Shown here: in pieces, positions 22,190 to 31,496 of the stretch
How positions within the stretch are numbered: position 1 is the first letter of the stretch
How the letters are laid out: every line of letters starts with the position of its first letter
The notes under the pieces: generated by a model
What the model saw: the letters and a program-made list of their open reading frames with translations, nothing else
Database searches by the model: none
Told to the model about the DNA's origin: nothing
Made by a program: the position numbers and the translations under genes
Assembly (NCBI GenBank): GCA_964580065.1
Contig: CAZOJE010000003.1
Coordinates: 18,441 to 82,440, forward strand
DNA: 64,000 bases
Direction of reading: 5' to 3'
From: an uncultured Candidatus Saccharibacteria bacterium
GTDB taxonomy: Bacteria > Patescibacteriota > UBA1384 > DTJR01

Positions 22190-23182
22190 ATGAGATTTAG
22201 TAATTTTTGCATTGCAGCTCGTCTAATCCTCGAAGAAGCTTATTCAAGAAAAATCATTATTGATGAAATTTCTAGCGGAGAAGTTTGTGAATTAAAGTTT
22301 GGCGACCACAAAGAGTATCTTCGTTCTCGATGTAGTTCTAAAACAACCTCTGTAGCTAATTACATATGTAGACACAAGGATATCTCAAAGGACTTCTTAA
22401 GTTTAGCCGGTTTATCCCTCGCCCAAGGAAAAACATTCATGAACGACCAATTAAATAAAGCTATTTCTTATTGCGAGAAGGAAAAACTATGGCCCATTGT
22501 CGCGAAACCAGTCTCCGCCGGGAACGGAAGGTCCGTGTTTGTAGGTATTAAAAACAAAAAAGAACTCAAGAAAATATGGGGTGAAATTGATGACAAAGAA
22601 GGTAAAAATCTAATTGAAGAGTGCCACGAGGGTGTCGAAACAAGGGTTTTGGTAACAAGAGAAAAAGCGCTGGCCGCGATACAGAGGGTACCAGCTAATG
22701 TGACAGGTAATGGCAAATCAACCATACAAGATCTGATATATGAAAAAAATCTTGACCCTAGAAGAAAAGAAAGCGAAGATGAGCCAATCGTAAAAATAAA
22801 AATAGATGCCGCAATGTTACTCAAATTAGAAAGCGAAGGGCTGAATCTTGACTCTATAGTCGAAAAAGACAAGACTGTTTTTCTTAGAAATAATTCTAAT
22901 ATTTCTACTGGTGGCGACAGTTACGATGTAACAGATGAAGTACACGAATCTGTCAAAGAGATCGCTCTAAAAGCAATAAATTCCATTCCGGGCCTTCTAT
23001 ATGCAGGTGTTGATATATTATCAAAGGACTTTAGAAAACCGCAAACTAAGGACAGCTATATAGTCGTAGAAATAAATTCTAACCCAGGAATTGATATGCA
23101 TCATTTCCCATATTCTGGAAAACCCAGGAATGTTGCCAAGGACATTGTGGACGTAATTTTTCCCGAGACCAAAACCGACTAA
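22190..23182 (+). CDS. Standalone cyanophycin synthetase/GshF-type ATP-grasp protein (second paralog)
   Basis: RVPANVTGNGKSTI, NSNISTGGDS, AGVDI, VEINSNPGIDMHHFP. Confidence 0.8.
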   Translation: MRFSNFCIAARLILEEAYSRKIIIDEISSGEVCELKFGDHKEYLRSRCSSKTTSVANYICRHKDISKDFLSLAGLSLAQGKTFMNDQLNKAISYCEKEKLWPIVAKPVSAGNGRSVFVGIKNKKELKKIWGEIDDKEGKNLIEECHEGVETRVLVTREKALAAIQRVPANVTGNGKSTIQDLIYEKNLDPRRKESEDEPIVKIKIDAAMLLKLESEGLNLDSIVEKDKTVFLRNNSNISTGGDSYDVTDEVHESVKEIALKAINSIPGLLYAGVDILSKDFRKPQTKDSYIVVEINSNPGIDMHHFPYSGKPRNVAKDIVDVIFPETKTD

Positions 23183-23658
23183 GTATTGATGTGGCAGAGG
23201 GCAACCGCGATGGCATCAACTGTGTCGTCTTGAGTAATTTTGCATCCTCGTAAGTGGAGCGAGACCATTTTTATCATCTGCTCCTTGGTGGCGTGGCCAT
23301 AACCAGCGATAGCAAGTTTGATTGCGTTCGGTTTGTATTCAGAAATTATTAAACCGGCTTTCTTAGCCACCAGCATAGCCACACCGCGCGCGTGAGCTAC
23401 TGAAATTCCGGTTTTTACATTCTTCATAAAGAATATTTCTTCAATCGCCAACTCGCAAGGCGCGTATTTTTTGATAACTTTTTCGAGTTCCGAAGCAATT
23501 AATTCTAATCTATCCGCCAAGGGTGTGTTCGCCTTGGTTTCAACGCAACCGCAATCCAAAAGTTTGACCGCGCTGGCCTGATGCAAAACCGCCCAACCCA
23601 GCTTTCCTGTTCCCGGGTCAACCCCAAGCACTATCCGTTCTTTTTTCCCCTGCGTCAC
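23179..23658 (-). CDS. ruvC: Crossover junction endodeoxyribonuclease RuvC
   Basis: LGVDPG, AIEEIFF, HARGV, GYGHATKEQM, DDTVDAIAVALCH. Confidence 0.95.
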   Translation of the reverse strand: MTQGKKERIVLGVDPGTGKLGWAVLHQASAVKLLDCGCVETKANTPLADRLELIASELEKVIKKYAPCELAIEEIFFMKNVKTGISVAHARGVAMLVAKKAGLIISEYKPNAIKLAIAGYGHATKEQMIKMVSLHLRGCKITQDDTVDAIAVALCHINT

Positions 23659-23674
23659 TTCCCTCCCTATAAAT

Positions 23675-24388
23675 TCATCCTAAATTGCTGCTAACATTTG
23701 TAACGTCATCAAGTTCGTCAAGAGCTTCGAGCAGTTTGATTGCCTTAGCTTCATCAGTTTCAGAAAGAGCAGTGGTGGTTTTGGGCTGCCAAACCAATTC
23801 AGCCGATTCACATGTTAGCCCAGCCGCCGCCAAAGCATCTCGAACCGCCGCCAATTCCTCCGGTTTTGAATATATCAGATAATCATTACCGGCCTTTTGG
23901 TAATCCTCCGCTCCAGAGTCAATAATAATCAGCTCAATTTCATCGTTAGTTTTGCCTTGGCTACTGATTTTAATTTCCCCTTTTCGCTCAAAAAGATAAG
24001 CCACCGAGCCAGAACCGGCTTGTTTGCCACCGTGCTTGTTTAAAACCGCTTTAATTTCCGATGAAGCGCGATTGCGATTATCAGTGAGAGATTCGATTAA
24101 AATGGCAATGCCGGAAGGGCCATAGGCCTCATATAAAACTTCTTCAATTTGCGTACCACCCAGCTCACCCGTTCCGCGCTTGATGGCGCGTTCGATTTTA
24201 TCTTTGGGCATATTAGCCGCGCGGGCTTTATCAATCGCCAGACGAAGTTGAAAGTTCATCGTTGGATCGCCGCCGGTTCGAGCCGCAACCGAAATCAAGT
24301 TAGAAATTTTTGTAAATAAACTACTGCGGCGCGCGTCCGTCACCGCTTTTTGGTGCTTGGTGGTTGCCCATTTTGAATGACCTGACAT
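23675..24388 (-). CDS. yebC: YebC/PmpR-family protein
   Basis: MSGHSKW, NMPKDKIERAI, YEAYGPSG, TDNRNR. Confidence 0.95.
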   Translation of the reverse strand: MSGHSKWATTKHQKAVTDARRSSLFTKISNLISVAARTGGDPTMNFQLRLAIDKARAANMPKDKIERAIKRGTGELGGTQIEEVLYEAYGPSGIAILIESLTDNRNRASSEIKAVLNKHGGKQAGSGSVAYLFERKGEIKISSQGKTNDEIELIIIDSGAEDYQKAGNDYLIYSKPEELAAVRDALAAAGLTCESAELVWQPKTTTALSETDEAKAIKLLEALDELDDVTNVSSNLG

Positions 24389-24490
24389 ATTCCTCCAATC
24401 TATAGAAGTCTTGAATCGCAAGCGATACAGGTTTACATTATAATAAATTAGGCCTTGTTTTCAAGCAGGCAGATCCTTGACAAGGAGGTT

Positions 24491-24841
24491 ATGTCTGTGG
24501 GTGCTCATGCGAGCCGTCACGATCCTCACGTCATTGTCGCAGTCGAGAATCTAGACCCCCTTTTAGTCGAGGAAGCCGCTTCCCTCGCCTGTGCTCGCGT
24601 ACACTTTTTACGCTCTGACCAGCTTGGCAACAAGCCCTACCCTGCCAACGCTGTCATTGCCGATCACGAAGTGTCCCGTTGGGTCGCCCAGCAGATTACT
24701 AATGGGCTGATTCCACCGGAAACAACCGTTTTCTGCGTTCATCCGGAAAGTGAGTACGAACCCCAAACTGACCCCAAAGGAGTACACCATTGCAGTCTTC
24801 GCGATCTCGTCAACGTGATTCAGAGCGCACACTTCGCTTAG
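24491..24841 (+). CDS. Hypothetical protein (116 aa ORFan)
   Basis: SD AAGGAGGT directly before ATG 24491; no recognisable motif. Confidence 0.55.
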   Translation: MSVGAHASRHDPHVIVAVENLDPLLVEEAASLACARVHFLRSDQLGNKPYPANAVIADHEVSRWVAQQITNGLIPPETTVFCVHPESEYEPQTDPKGVHHCSLRDLVNVIQSAHFA

Positions 24842-24845
24842 GGGC

Positions 24846-24874
24846 TTGACTTCTAGGCGGAAAAAGCGCACAAT
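24846..24874 (+). promoter_or_regulatory. Sigma70-like promoter TTGACT-17-CACAAT
   Basis: Sequence match upstream of Pro-rich gene. Confidence 0.5.
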
Positions 24875-24927
24875 TAGCTGTTTTGTCGCACCTTGCCATA
24901 AAAAAAACCAGGAAGGAGGTGGATGGC

Positions 24928-25389
24928 ATGTCCATCCACCAGCAGCCCAGTCGGACGACGGTTCTGGCGGCCGCGATCTTGGTCGCGGCCGTGATCTTCG
25001 CATTGTTCCTCCTGCTTGCGCCTCCGGCGCACGCGGGAAGGATCGCTGTCTGGATCGGCGGGCCGCCGCCGTGCCCGCCGCCGTTCCAGGCACATTGCCC
25101 ACCCCCGTGGGCAATGTGTTCACCTCCACCCCCTTACTGTCCACCCCCGCCGCCGTGCGCCCCGCCATGGGCGGGCCCGGGGCCCTTCGGCCCCATCGAA
25201 ATGCGGCCCGGCCCGGCGCCTTGGGGCTTTCCGGCCCAAGGCGGTGTCGACTACTACCACCGCGACGAGACGTACTCCCGTCGCGGTGGGCTCACGGTCG
25301 ACGAGACTATTCGTTTCCGCGATCAGTTCGGAAACTCGGTCCGGATCAACCGATCCGGACCCGTTCCGCCGCCTCCCCGCTTCTGGTAG
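24928..25389 (+). CDS. Secreted Pro/Cys-rich GC-rich ORFan (153 aa)
   Basis: SD AAGGAGGT, signal peptide ending PPAHA, CPPP repeats, downstream terminator. Confidence 0.7.
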   Translation: MSIHQQPSRTTVLAAAILVAAVIFALFLLLAPPAHAGRIAVWIGGPPPCPPPFQAHCPPPWAMCSPPPPYCPPPPPCAPPWAGPGPFGPIEMRPGPAPWGFPAQGGVDYYHRDETYSRRGGLTVDETIRFRDQFGNSVRINRSGPVPPPPRFW

Positions 25390-25483
25390 CTCAACCGCCA
25401 GAAGCAAAATGTCCTAAAAGCGGCCAGTCAGTTGGTACCGCCCCTCACCCTCCCTCGCGGGCCAACTGGCTGATCACCGCTTT

Positions 25484-25523
25484 CAGGGCCCCGGCAGTCT
25501 ATTTGTCGGGGCCTTTTTCTTTT
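25484..25523 (+). terminator. Intrinsic terminator
   Basis: ggccccggca...tgtcggggcc stem followed by tttttctttt. Confidence 0.8.
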
Positions 25524-25532
25524 TATCAGCTA

Positions 25533-26414
25533 TTAGTTCAACGCCGCCCAGCCGTCGCTTTTTAGCCCAAACCTGACCGTGCCCATTTCATCCGTTCGAA
25601 AAATTTTAATATTTATGGAGGTCAAATATTCCAGCACTGTTTTGGCCGGATGGCCGTACTTATTGTTGGCGCCAACCGAAATAATCGCCTTTTTCGCTCC
25701 CGTCGCCTGAATAAATTGCTTGTTCAAACCATTCGACGAGCCGTGATGCGATATTTTAACAACGTCACTTTTTAGCTCCGTTTTTAACTTTTTTACTACA
25801 ATTTCACCCTGTATTTCGGTTTCGGCGTCACCCAACAGTATTACATCACCCTCTGGAGTATCAAATTTGGCCACAATCGAACTATCATTCGAAGACAAGC
25901 TAGTCAAGTCGCCTTTGGGCGGAGAATAAATATCAATATTATCAAAGTCATTGATCTTAATTGTTGTCCCGTCCGAGACAATTTCATGGGGAATTTTTTT
26001 ATCACTAATCTTCTTGGCCACCGTTTGGTAAATTTTCGAATCTGCCTGCTTGTCCGAGCTATAAAGATTTTTAATCGAAAAAGAGTCCAAAACATAATTG
26101 AATCCGCCAATATGGTCGTAATCCGGATGAGTCATAAAGGCATATTCAATCGTTCGATCGTTAGAAGGCATATATTTTTCTAGCCCTTCTAAGACAGAAT
26201 TATCCGGCCCGGCATCTACCAAAATTTGCACCGAACCGGGGAGCGAAAAAAGCGTCGCGTCGCCCTGCCCCACGTCCAAAAAAAATGCTTTGGCCAGAAT
26301 TTGTGAATCAGGGTTGGCCTGAACAGAAGAAAAATAATGAAACCAAATGCCAAAACAAATAATAGTCAGAAGAATAATTGTTGTTTCAAATGTTTTCTGC
26401 CCATTTTTTTTCAT
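25533..26414 (-). CDS. ComEC-associated metallo-beta-lactamase-fold protein (split ComEC C-terminal part)
   Basis: FLDVGQGDA, THPDYDHIGG, SHHGS, ISVGANNKYGHP, RTDEMG. Confidence 0.9.
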   Translation of the reverse strand: MKKNGQKTFETTIILLTIICFGIWFHYFSSVQANPDSQILAKAFFLDVGQGDATLFSLPGSVQILVDAGPDNSVLEGLEKYMPSNDRTIEYAFMTHPDYDHIGGFNYVLDSFSIKNLYSSDKQADSKIYQTVAKKISDKKIPHEIVSDGTTIKINDFDNIDIYSPPKGDLTSLSSNDSSIVAKFDTPEGDVILLGDAETEIQGEIVVKKLKTELKSDVVKISHHGSSNGLNKQFIQATGAKKAIISVGANNKYGHPAKTVLEYLTSINIKIFRTDEMGTVRFGLKSDGWAALN

Positions 26415-27834
26415 AGAAAAATTTTATGAAATATGCCGTCGCTATCAGCAAAATATAATAGACAATTGCCCATGGCCACGTTAAAGCGCCAGCGTTAAAT
26501 TGGCCAAAAGGTAAAAGGGCAAAAAGGTCTATAACCAACTTAACATAACCGACAACTAATCCCAAAAAAACATTCAGCACAAGGGCTAGTTTAATGCTCA
26601 CAAGTCCAAAGGCCAACGCCAAAGCCGCCAGAAGCATTCCTAAAGGTAAAACAGGCAAAACGAATATATTAGAAATAAAGCCAATCAAGGTGAGGGAGCC
26701 AAAATGATACAAAATGATGCCAAAACAAAGAACTTGGGCCGAAAGAGTTTGAGCCAGCATCGCTAAAAGCTCTTTAAGGTATTTATTTTTTGTTTTGGCC
26801 AATACCGATAAGCTTTCCGATAAAACCAGCCCAACCGTGGCGGCAAAGCTAAGTTGAAAACCAATATCGTAAACAACAAATGGATTGACCAATAGCATAA
26901 TCATTGCTGCTAAAACTAAATCGTTTATCAGCAACGCTCTTCGCCCAATCATTTTTCCGATAATTACGACAAGGCCCATAATTGCCGCGCGCGTCACCGA
27001 ACTAGCGCCGCCGGTAAGAAAAAAGAATGCGACCAGAATAAACACACTGGCGTAAAAAGCAAATTTTTTGCCCGCCGCCGCGCGCAAAGCGCCAAACATC
27101 ACCACTAATATTATTGAAATATTGAACCCTGACACTGCCGTTATATGAGTCAAGCCAGTTTTTTTTATTTTTTCAGCAAAGGCATCTGAAAAATTTGGGT
27201 CGCCTAAAATTAGCCCCTTAGCCAGTTGCCCCTTGTCTCCCGGCCAAATCACGGCAAAAACGCGATCAACACGGAGTCTAATGTTGTTAAAAAAATTCTC
27301 GATCGACGGGCGGTGGCCAACAATTTCAAATTGAGGGTTTTTAATAACCTGCACCGTTTTATAGTTAGCCAGATAATATCCAGCCATTTGCGGTTCGGCT
27401 TTGATTATTTGTTTGCTTTCAAGACAAATTTTGAGCTGATCGCCAGAACGAATTTCATTAAAATTTTCCGTTTGCGCCACCAAAGCGCCATAGTTCGATT
27501 TCAGCTCGACCTTAGCCGCGGTATCTTTCTGTTTTATTTTGCCCACCGCAAAAATATAACAGCCGTCAGCAAAATCAGTTCGAGTAAAATTGCCAAAAAC
27601 GCTCGCATAACAGAATCCGCTGAAAAACGTTAATATCAAAAAAATTGGCAATGCCTTTTTCCAAAAAGCAAAAATAATCGCCGCGGCTAAGACCGCCAGC
27701 AAAAGAGCGAAAATTATTTTGAGATCGATTTGACTAACAAGCAAAACCGCTACCGCCATTCCCGTGCAACTAGCGGACATAAAAAGAAGCGGCCTGTTGA
27801 TAAATGGAAGCTTTTTTGACACAGAGCTCCTCAT
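26386..27834 (-). CDS. comEC: ComEC/Rec2 competence membrane channel
   Basis: GLTHITAVSGFNI, SVTRAAIM, DIGFQLSFAATVGL, many TM helices. Confidence 0.92.
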   Translation of the reverse strand: MRSSVSKKLPFINRPLLFMSASCTGMAVAVLLVSQIDLKIIFALLLAVLAAAIIFAFWKKALPIFLILTFFSGFCYASVFGNFTRTDFADGCYIFAVGKIKQKDTAAKVELKSNYGALVAQTENFNEIRSGDQLKICLESKQIIKAEPQMAGYYLANYKTVQVIKNPQFEIVGHRPSIENFFNNIRLRVDRVFAVIWPGDKGQLAKGLILGDPNFSDAFAEKIKKTGLTHITAVSGFNISIILVVMFGALRAAAGKKFAFYASVFILVAFFFLTGGASSVTRAAIMGLVVIIGKMIGRRALLINDLVLAAMIMLLVNPFVVYDIGFQLSFAATVGLVLSESLSVLAKTKNKYLKELLAMLAQTLSAQVLCFGIILYHFGSLTLIGFISNIFVLPVLPLGMLLAALALAFGLVSIKLALVLNVFLGLVVGYVKLVIDLFALLPFGQFNAGALTWPWAIVYYILLIATAYFIKFFYEKKWAENI

Positions 27835-27857
27835 CTATCATAATATTAACAGTATTT

Positions 27858-28451
27858 ATGAAGAATCGAAAAAAACTTTTTAATATTCTTTTTTCCTGTT
27901 TTTTGGTCGTCGGCGTAACGGCTTTAGGATTATTTGTAAACTCAAAAATCGAAGCTGACGTCATTTACCCCGGCTACGCCACAGTTCAGGTTCAGCTCAA
28001 AACAACCGCCGCACAAGCAAAAAAATTTACCGCCGAAGTTAAAATCCTTCCTACCGATGGAACCAAAAAATTCAATTTCAAAAAAAGAAGTTTTTCGGTT
28101 AAAGCCGGCCAAACAACGATTAACTGGACGATCAAAAAAGTCATTCCGGGTACAAAAAACATTGTTGTTAGCTCTCCCAACGGCGAATTTGAATCTGTTA
28201 GTGCCACAATCGCTTTGCCTTCTGACGCAAAAACCGTCGCCGGCCCGTTAGCCGTTAGTTTGCAATCAACCGGTTACGATGGTTTGCAAGATTCTCTAAA
28301 TCAAGCTCTTGCAAGCCCTACACCCAATGCTTCAAATAGCACAACCGCCTCCGTGCCTGTGCCACCCGCTCCAGCCGCCCCAACCGAAAGCACTACAAGC
28401 ACAGCCAGCTTGAACTCTAGCGACAGTCTTTCTCTCCCAGGCGGCTTCTAA
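27858..28451 (+). CDS. Secreted/membrane-anchored beta-rich hypothetical protein with S/T/P tail
   Basis: N-terminal K-rich plus hydrophobic segment; low-complexity C-terminus. Confidence 0.6.
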   Translation: MKNRKKLFNILFSCFLVVGVTALGLFVNSKIEADVIYPGYATVQVQLKTTAAQAKKFTAEVKILPTDGTKKFNFKKRSFSVKAGQTTINWTIKKVIPGTKNIVVSSPNGEFESVSATIALPSDAKTVAGPLAVSLQSTGYDGLQDSLNQALASPTPNASNSTTASVPVPPAPAAPTESTTSTASLNSSDSLSLPGGF

Positions 28452-28502
28452 GTCTGGACAAAACCGCCAAAATTGAGTAGTTTATTGTCTTAGGAGTTTT
28501 GA

Positions 28503-28961
28503 ATGAAAGAAAAAAAGACCAAAGTAAAGCCAGAACAAATAATTGAAGAGATGCGCCTCGGCTGGCAAAGAACCCAAGCCGATTTTGATAATTACCGTAA
28601 ACGAACCGAGACAGAAAAAGCTAGTTGGGTTCAAGACGGAAAAATCGCCGCTTTCGAATCCCTTTTGCCGGTTTTAGACAATTTGACCATTGCCGTTGCT
28701 CATATGGAAAATTGCCAAAATGATGGTTGGGCGCAAGGTATTGTCCATATCGCTAATCAAATAGAAAGTACCCTTGCCGAACTCGGTATTGAAAAAATTG
28801 CTCCAAAACCCGGGGATCAATTCAACCCCAATTTTGAGGAAGCCGTTGCAACGCAAAAAAGTGAAAACTTTACAAAAGGGTGTATAATTAGTATCGAAGT
28901 GGTCGGATATAAAATTGGCCAAAGACTAATTAGGCCAGCTAAAGTAAAGGTAAGTGAGTAA
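28503..28961 (+). CDS. grpE: Nucleotide exchange factor GrpE
   Basis: QADFDNYRKR, LLPVLDNL, FNPNFEEAV, GY...LIRPAKVKVS. Confidence 0.93.
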   Translation: MKEKKTKVKPEQIIEEMRLGWQRTQADFDNYRKRTETEKASWVQDGKIAAFESLLPVLDNLTIAVAHMENCQNDGWAQGIVHIANQIESTLAELGIEKIAPKPGDQFNPNFEEAVATQKSENFTKGCIISIEVVGYKIGQRLIRPAKVKVSE

Positions 28962-28963
28962 AT

Positions 28964-29407
28964 ATGGCTCAAGAAGTAAAAAAATTACGACGTTCTAAAA
29001 CAGATCGCGTTATTGGCGGTGTGTGTGGTGGTTTAGGGGAATATTTTGACATTGATCCTCTCATTTTCCGACTGATTTTTGTCATTGCGGTACTTTTTGG
29101 CGGCACGGGCGTTGTTGCTTATTTAATTCTCTGGATTGTTATTCCCGAAGAAGGTGAATCGGCCAGAGAAAAAGATCTCGGCGAAAATATTAAAAAAGGT
29201 GCCAACAAAATGGCCGAAGAAATTAAACAGGTAGAAACAAAACGGAATGGCCGTTTTCTGGCAGGTGCCATTATCCTAACCGTCGGCATTATTTTTCTGC
29301 TTAGCAATTTCTTTCCTTTTCTCGGCCTCGGAATGAAAAAACTCTGGCCGCTCATCATTGTTGTCATTGGGGCCAGCATTTTACTTAATCCGTCAAGGAG
29401 GGAGTAA
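28964..29407 (+). CDS. pspC: PspC-domain membrane protein
   Basis: LRRSKTDRVIGGVCGGLGEYFDIDP..RL, YLILWIVIPEE; extra LiaI-like TM pair. Confidence 0.88.
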   Translation: MAQEVKKLRRSKTDRVIGGVCGGLGEYFDIDPLIFRLIFVIAVLFGGTGVVAYLILWIVIPEEGESAREKDLGENIKKGANKMAEEIKQVETKRNGRFLAGAIILTVGIIFLLSNFFPFLGLGMKKLWPLIIVVIGASILLNPSRRE

Positions 29408-30312
29408 TGAACTTTGGCAAATACCTTTGGGGACTAATCCTTATTTTGATAGGGGTGGCTTTTTTATTAGTGAATTTTGGCGCTATCAGCTGGTCTACGC
29501 TTGAACAACTCTGGAGATTATGGCCTGTTCTTTTAGTGGCCTTGGGGCTTTCGATTATGAGCCAAAATTGCGGAAAAATTGTCCGTGGCATTATCAATTT
29601 AATTATCGTTATTTTTATTTTAGGACTTTTCGCAATTTTCGTTTATCCGGGAACTCGAGAATATTTGACTACGCGCTCGGTCAGCAGCGAAAATACTAAC
29701 ATCTCCGAGCCATTAGGGGCTGATACCGATTCGGCCGATATCACTCTAAATACCGGTGCCGCTAAAATAAATATCGGCGGAGGGTCGCAATTATTAGTTT
29801 CTGGTACAGTTGAAAGTAATATTTCTCGGGTTATTACCGAAAGAACAGTTAGAAACAAAACCGATGTCTTATCAATCAAGAGCGAGGAAATAGTTCCTCA
29901 AATTTTCTGGAGCCACAAAAACACTTGGAATTTGAATTTAAATGATTCCCTTCCGACTAAGCTCAACCTAAATACTGGCGCCGTTGACACCGATCTCGAC
30001 CTTCATGAAACAGCTGTCAATGAGCTATCGGTCAAAAGTGGTGCCTCAACATATAAGCTTACTCTTGGCGACAAAGTCAGTTCTTTCAAAGGCGAAATCA
30101 GTCTAGGGGCAGGTTCTCTAAAAATAAAAACGCCAGAAAATGTTGGCCTTAGAATAGTGAACGATAGTGGCGCTAGCTCGAACAACTTCGAAAAACTTGG
30201 ATTAAATAAAAACGACAAAACTTACGAAAGTAAAAATTATCAAACTGCCGAGAAAAAAATCGATCTTACCTTAAAAACCGTTGCTTCATCAATTGAATTG
30301 ACTTTATATTAA
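29407..30312 (+). CDS. LiaF/DUF5668-like membrane protein with extracellular beta-solenoid
   Basis: WGLILILIG..LLVNFG, LWPVLLVALGL, repeated GA..L beta strands. Confidence 0.65.
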   Translation: MNFGKYLWGLILILIGVAFLLVNFGAISWSTLEQLWRLWPVLLVALGLSIMSQNCGKIVRGIINLIIVIFILGLFAIFVYPGTREYLTTRSVSSENTNISEPLGADTDSADITLNTGAAKINIGGGSQLLVSGTVESNISRVITERTVRNKTDVLSIKSEEIVPQIFWSHKNTWNLNLNDSLPTKLNLNTGAVDTDLDLHETAVNELSVKSGASTYKLTLGDKVSSFKGEISLGAGSLKIKTPENVGLRIVNDSGASSNNFEKLGLNKNDKTYESKNYQTAEKKIDLTLKTVASSIELTLY

Positions 30313-30356
30313 ATCTGTTTACATCGTCTGACATATTAATTTGTTAGAGCAAAACA

Positions 30357-31496
30357 GTGGAAAATCTCGACAAAAAAATTATTGCCGTTCAAAAAAGCAC
30401 TCGCACCACTTTTTCGTGTTTTAATCCGTTGCACAATAAACTTCGGGCCAAATTCCCATGGTATTATTCGTGGCATGTCAAATCATTTGCTAATTTTGCC
30501 CATAAGTTAGTTTTGCTCGCCTACACCTTAAACATTGTCGCCTTCGTCCTTTTTTCCAGTGTGCTTGTTTACAACAAAACGGCCACTAATATTGCTATGA
30601 AGGCCGCTTCGGAGCAGACGGGTCTCAACACAAAAACAATATGGGAGGCAGGAACTTTAGACAATATCGACACGACGTCTTCGGTAAACCAAATGAAAAT
30701 AGCAGATTTAAGCAGTAGCCCTATTGATTTATCTAATAAAACAATCGCTGTGACTTACGATGAGGCAAACAAAGCTAGTGCTAATGACAAAAACGAAAAC
30801 ACTTATTGGTCTGTTACCGATCTTATCTGGCCGAATAACCAATCATGGACTATCGATATAGGAGAAAATTACACTGTTGCGAAAATGAAATCATTAACTT
30901 CTACCAGTACAACAGCATGGACCAACCTCATATATTCATATAGCACGGATGGGACAAGTTTCACCCCTACGGCCGACAACTATACTGTAACCACCGGCAC
31001 CCCCGCGTGGGATGAAAGTGCAGATATAAATGCTACGGCTCGTTATCTCCGAATAACTTTTTCAGGCAACGATCCCGATAATTCGTCTGACGGTTATCTC
31101 TACGAATTTCAGGCATACGGGCCGGGTTATGCCACCCACACCACCGCCGCTAATCAATTAGACGGAGGAAGCAATTTTCTGACATGGGAAACTTTTACTC
31201 CTACTCAAACGGTCTCGGACAATGCAACGATACAATATAGATTTAGAACTTCTACCGATGGAAGCACTTGGACCGCTTGGACGGCTTATCAATCAGGAAC
31301 ATCATTTGATTTATCTAAATTAGTCACAAACAGTGTTGGAACAGGAGAAGATATTACTTATTATAAATATCTTCAGATTGAAGCTAAACTAACTTCTTTA
31401 GATGGGGTATCAACGCCGATCATTACTGACTATACGGTTAATCATCATACCAATCGGGCGCCTACGGCGCCCGCGGAGCCGAGTGCCGCTCTCTAA
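30357..31496 (+). CDS. Membrane-anchored surface protein with central discoidin/F5-8C-like domain (paralog 1)
   Basis: TM near N-terminus; ANDKNENTYW..WTIDIG..YSTDG..ARYLRI..LYEFQAY. Confidence 0.7.
   Translation: MENLDKKIIAVQKSTRTTFSCFNPLHNKLRAKFPWYYSWHVKSFANFAHKLVLLAYTLNIVAFVLFSSVLVYNKTATNIAMKAASEQTGLNTKTIWEAGTLDNIDTTSSVNQMKIADLSSSPIDLSNKTIAVTYDEANKASANDKNENTYWSVTDLIWPNNQSWTIDIGENYTVAKMKSLTSTSTTAWTNLIYSYSTDGTSFTPTADNYTVTTGTPAWDESADINATARYLRITFSGNDPDNSSDGYLYEFQAYGPGYATHTTAANQLDGGSNFLTWETFTPTQTVSDNATIQYRFRTSTDGSTWTAWTAYQSGTSFDLSKLVTNSVGTGEDITYYKYLQIEAKLTSLDGVSTPIITDYTVNHHTNRAPTAPAEPSAAL

Noticed and set aside
13637-23658. Missing ruvB
   Set aside because: ruvA and ruvC are separated here and ruvB may lie outside the window; cannot be judged.
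24608-25565. Alternative overlapping ORFs of 186, 239, 133 and 95 aa
   Set aside because: Expected by-products of high GC; only the 24928 frame has SD, signal peptide and terminator.
25533-27834. Split comEC as a pseudogene or novelty
   Set aside because: Both parts are intact, overlap like coupled genes and the second has its own TM; split ComEC is a known arrangement.
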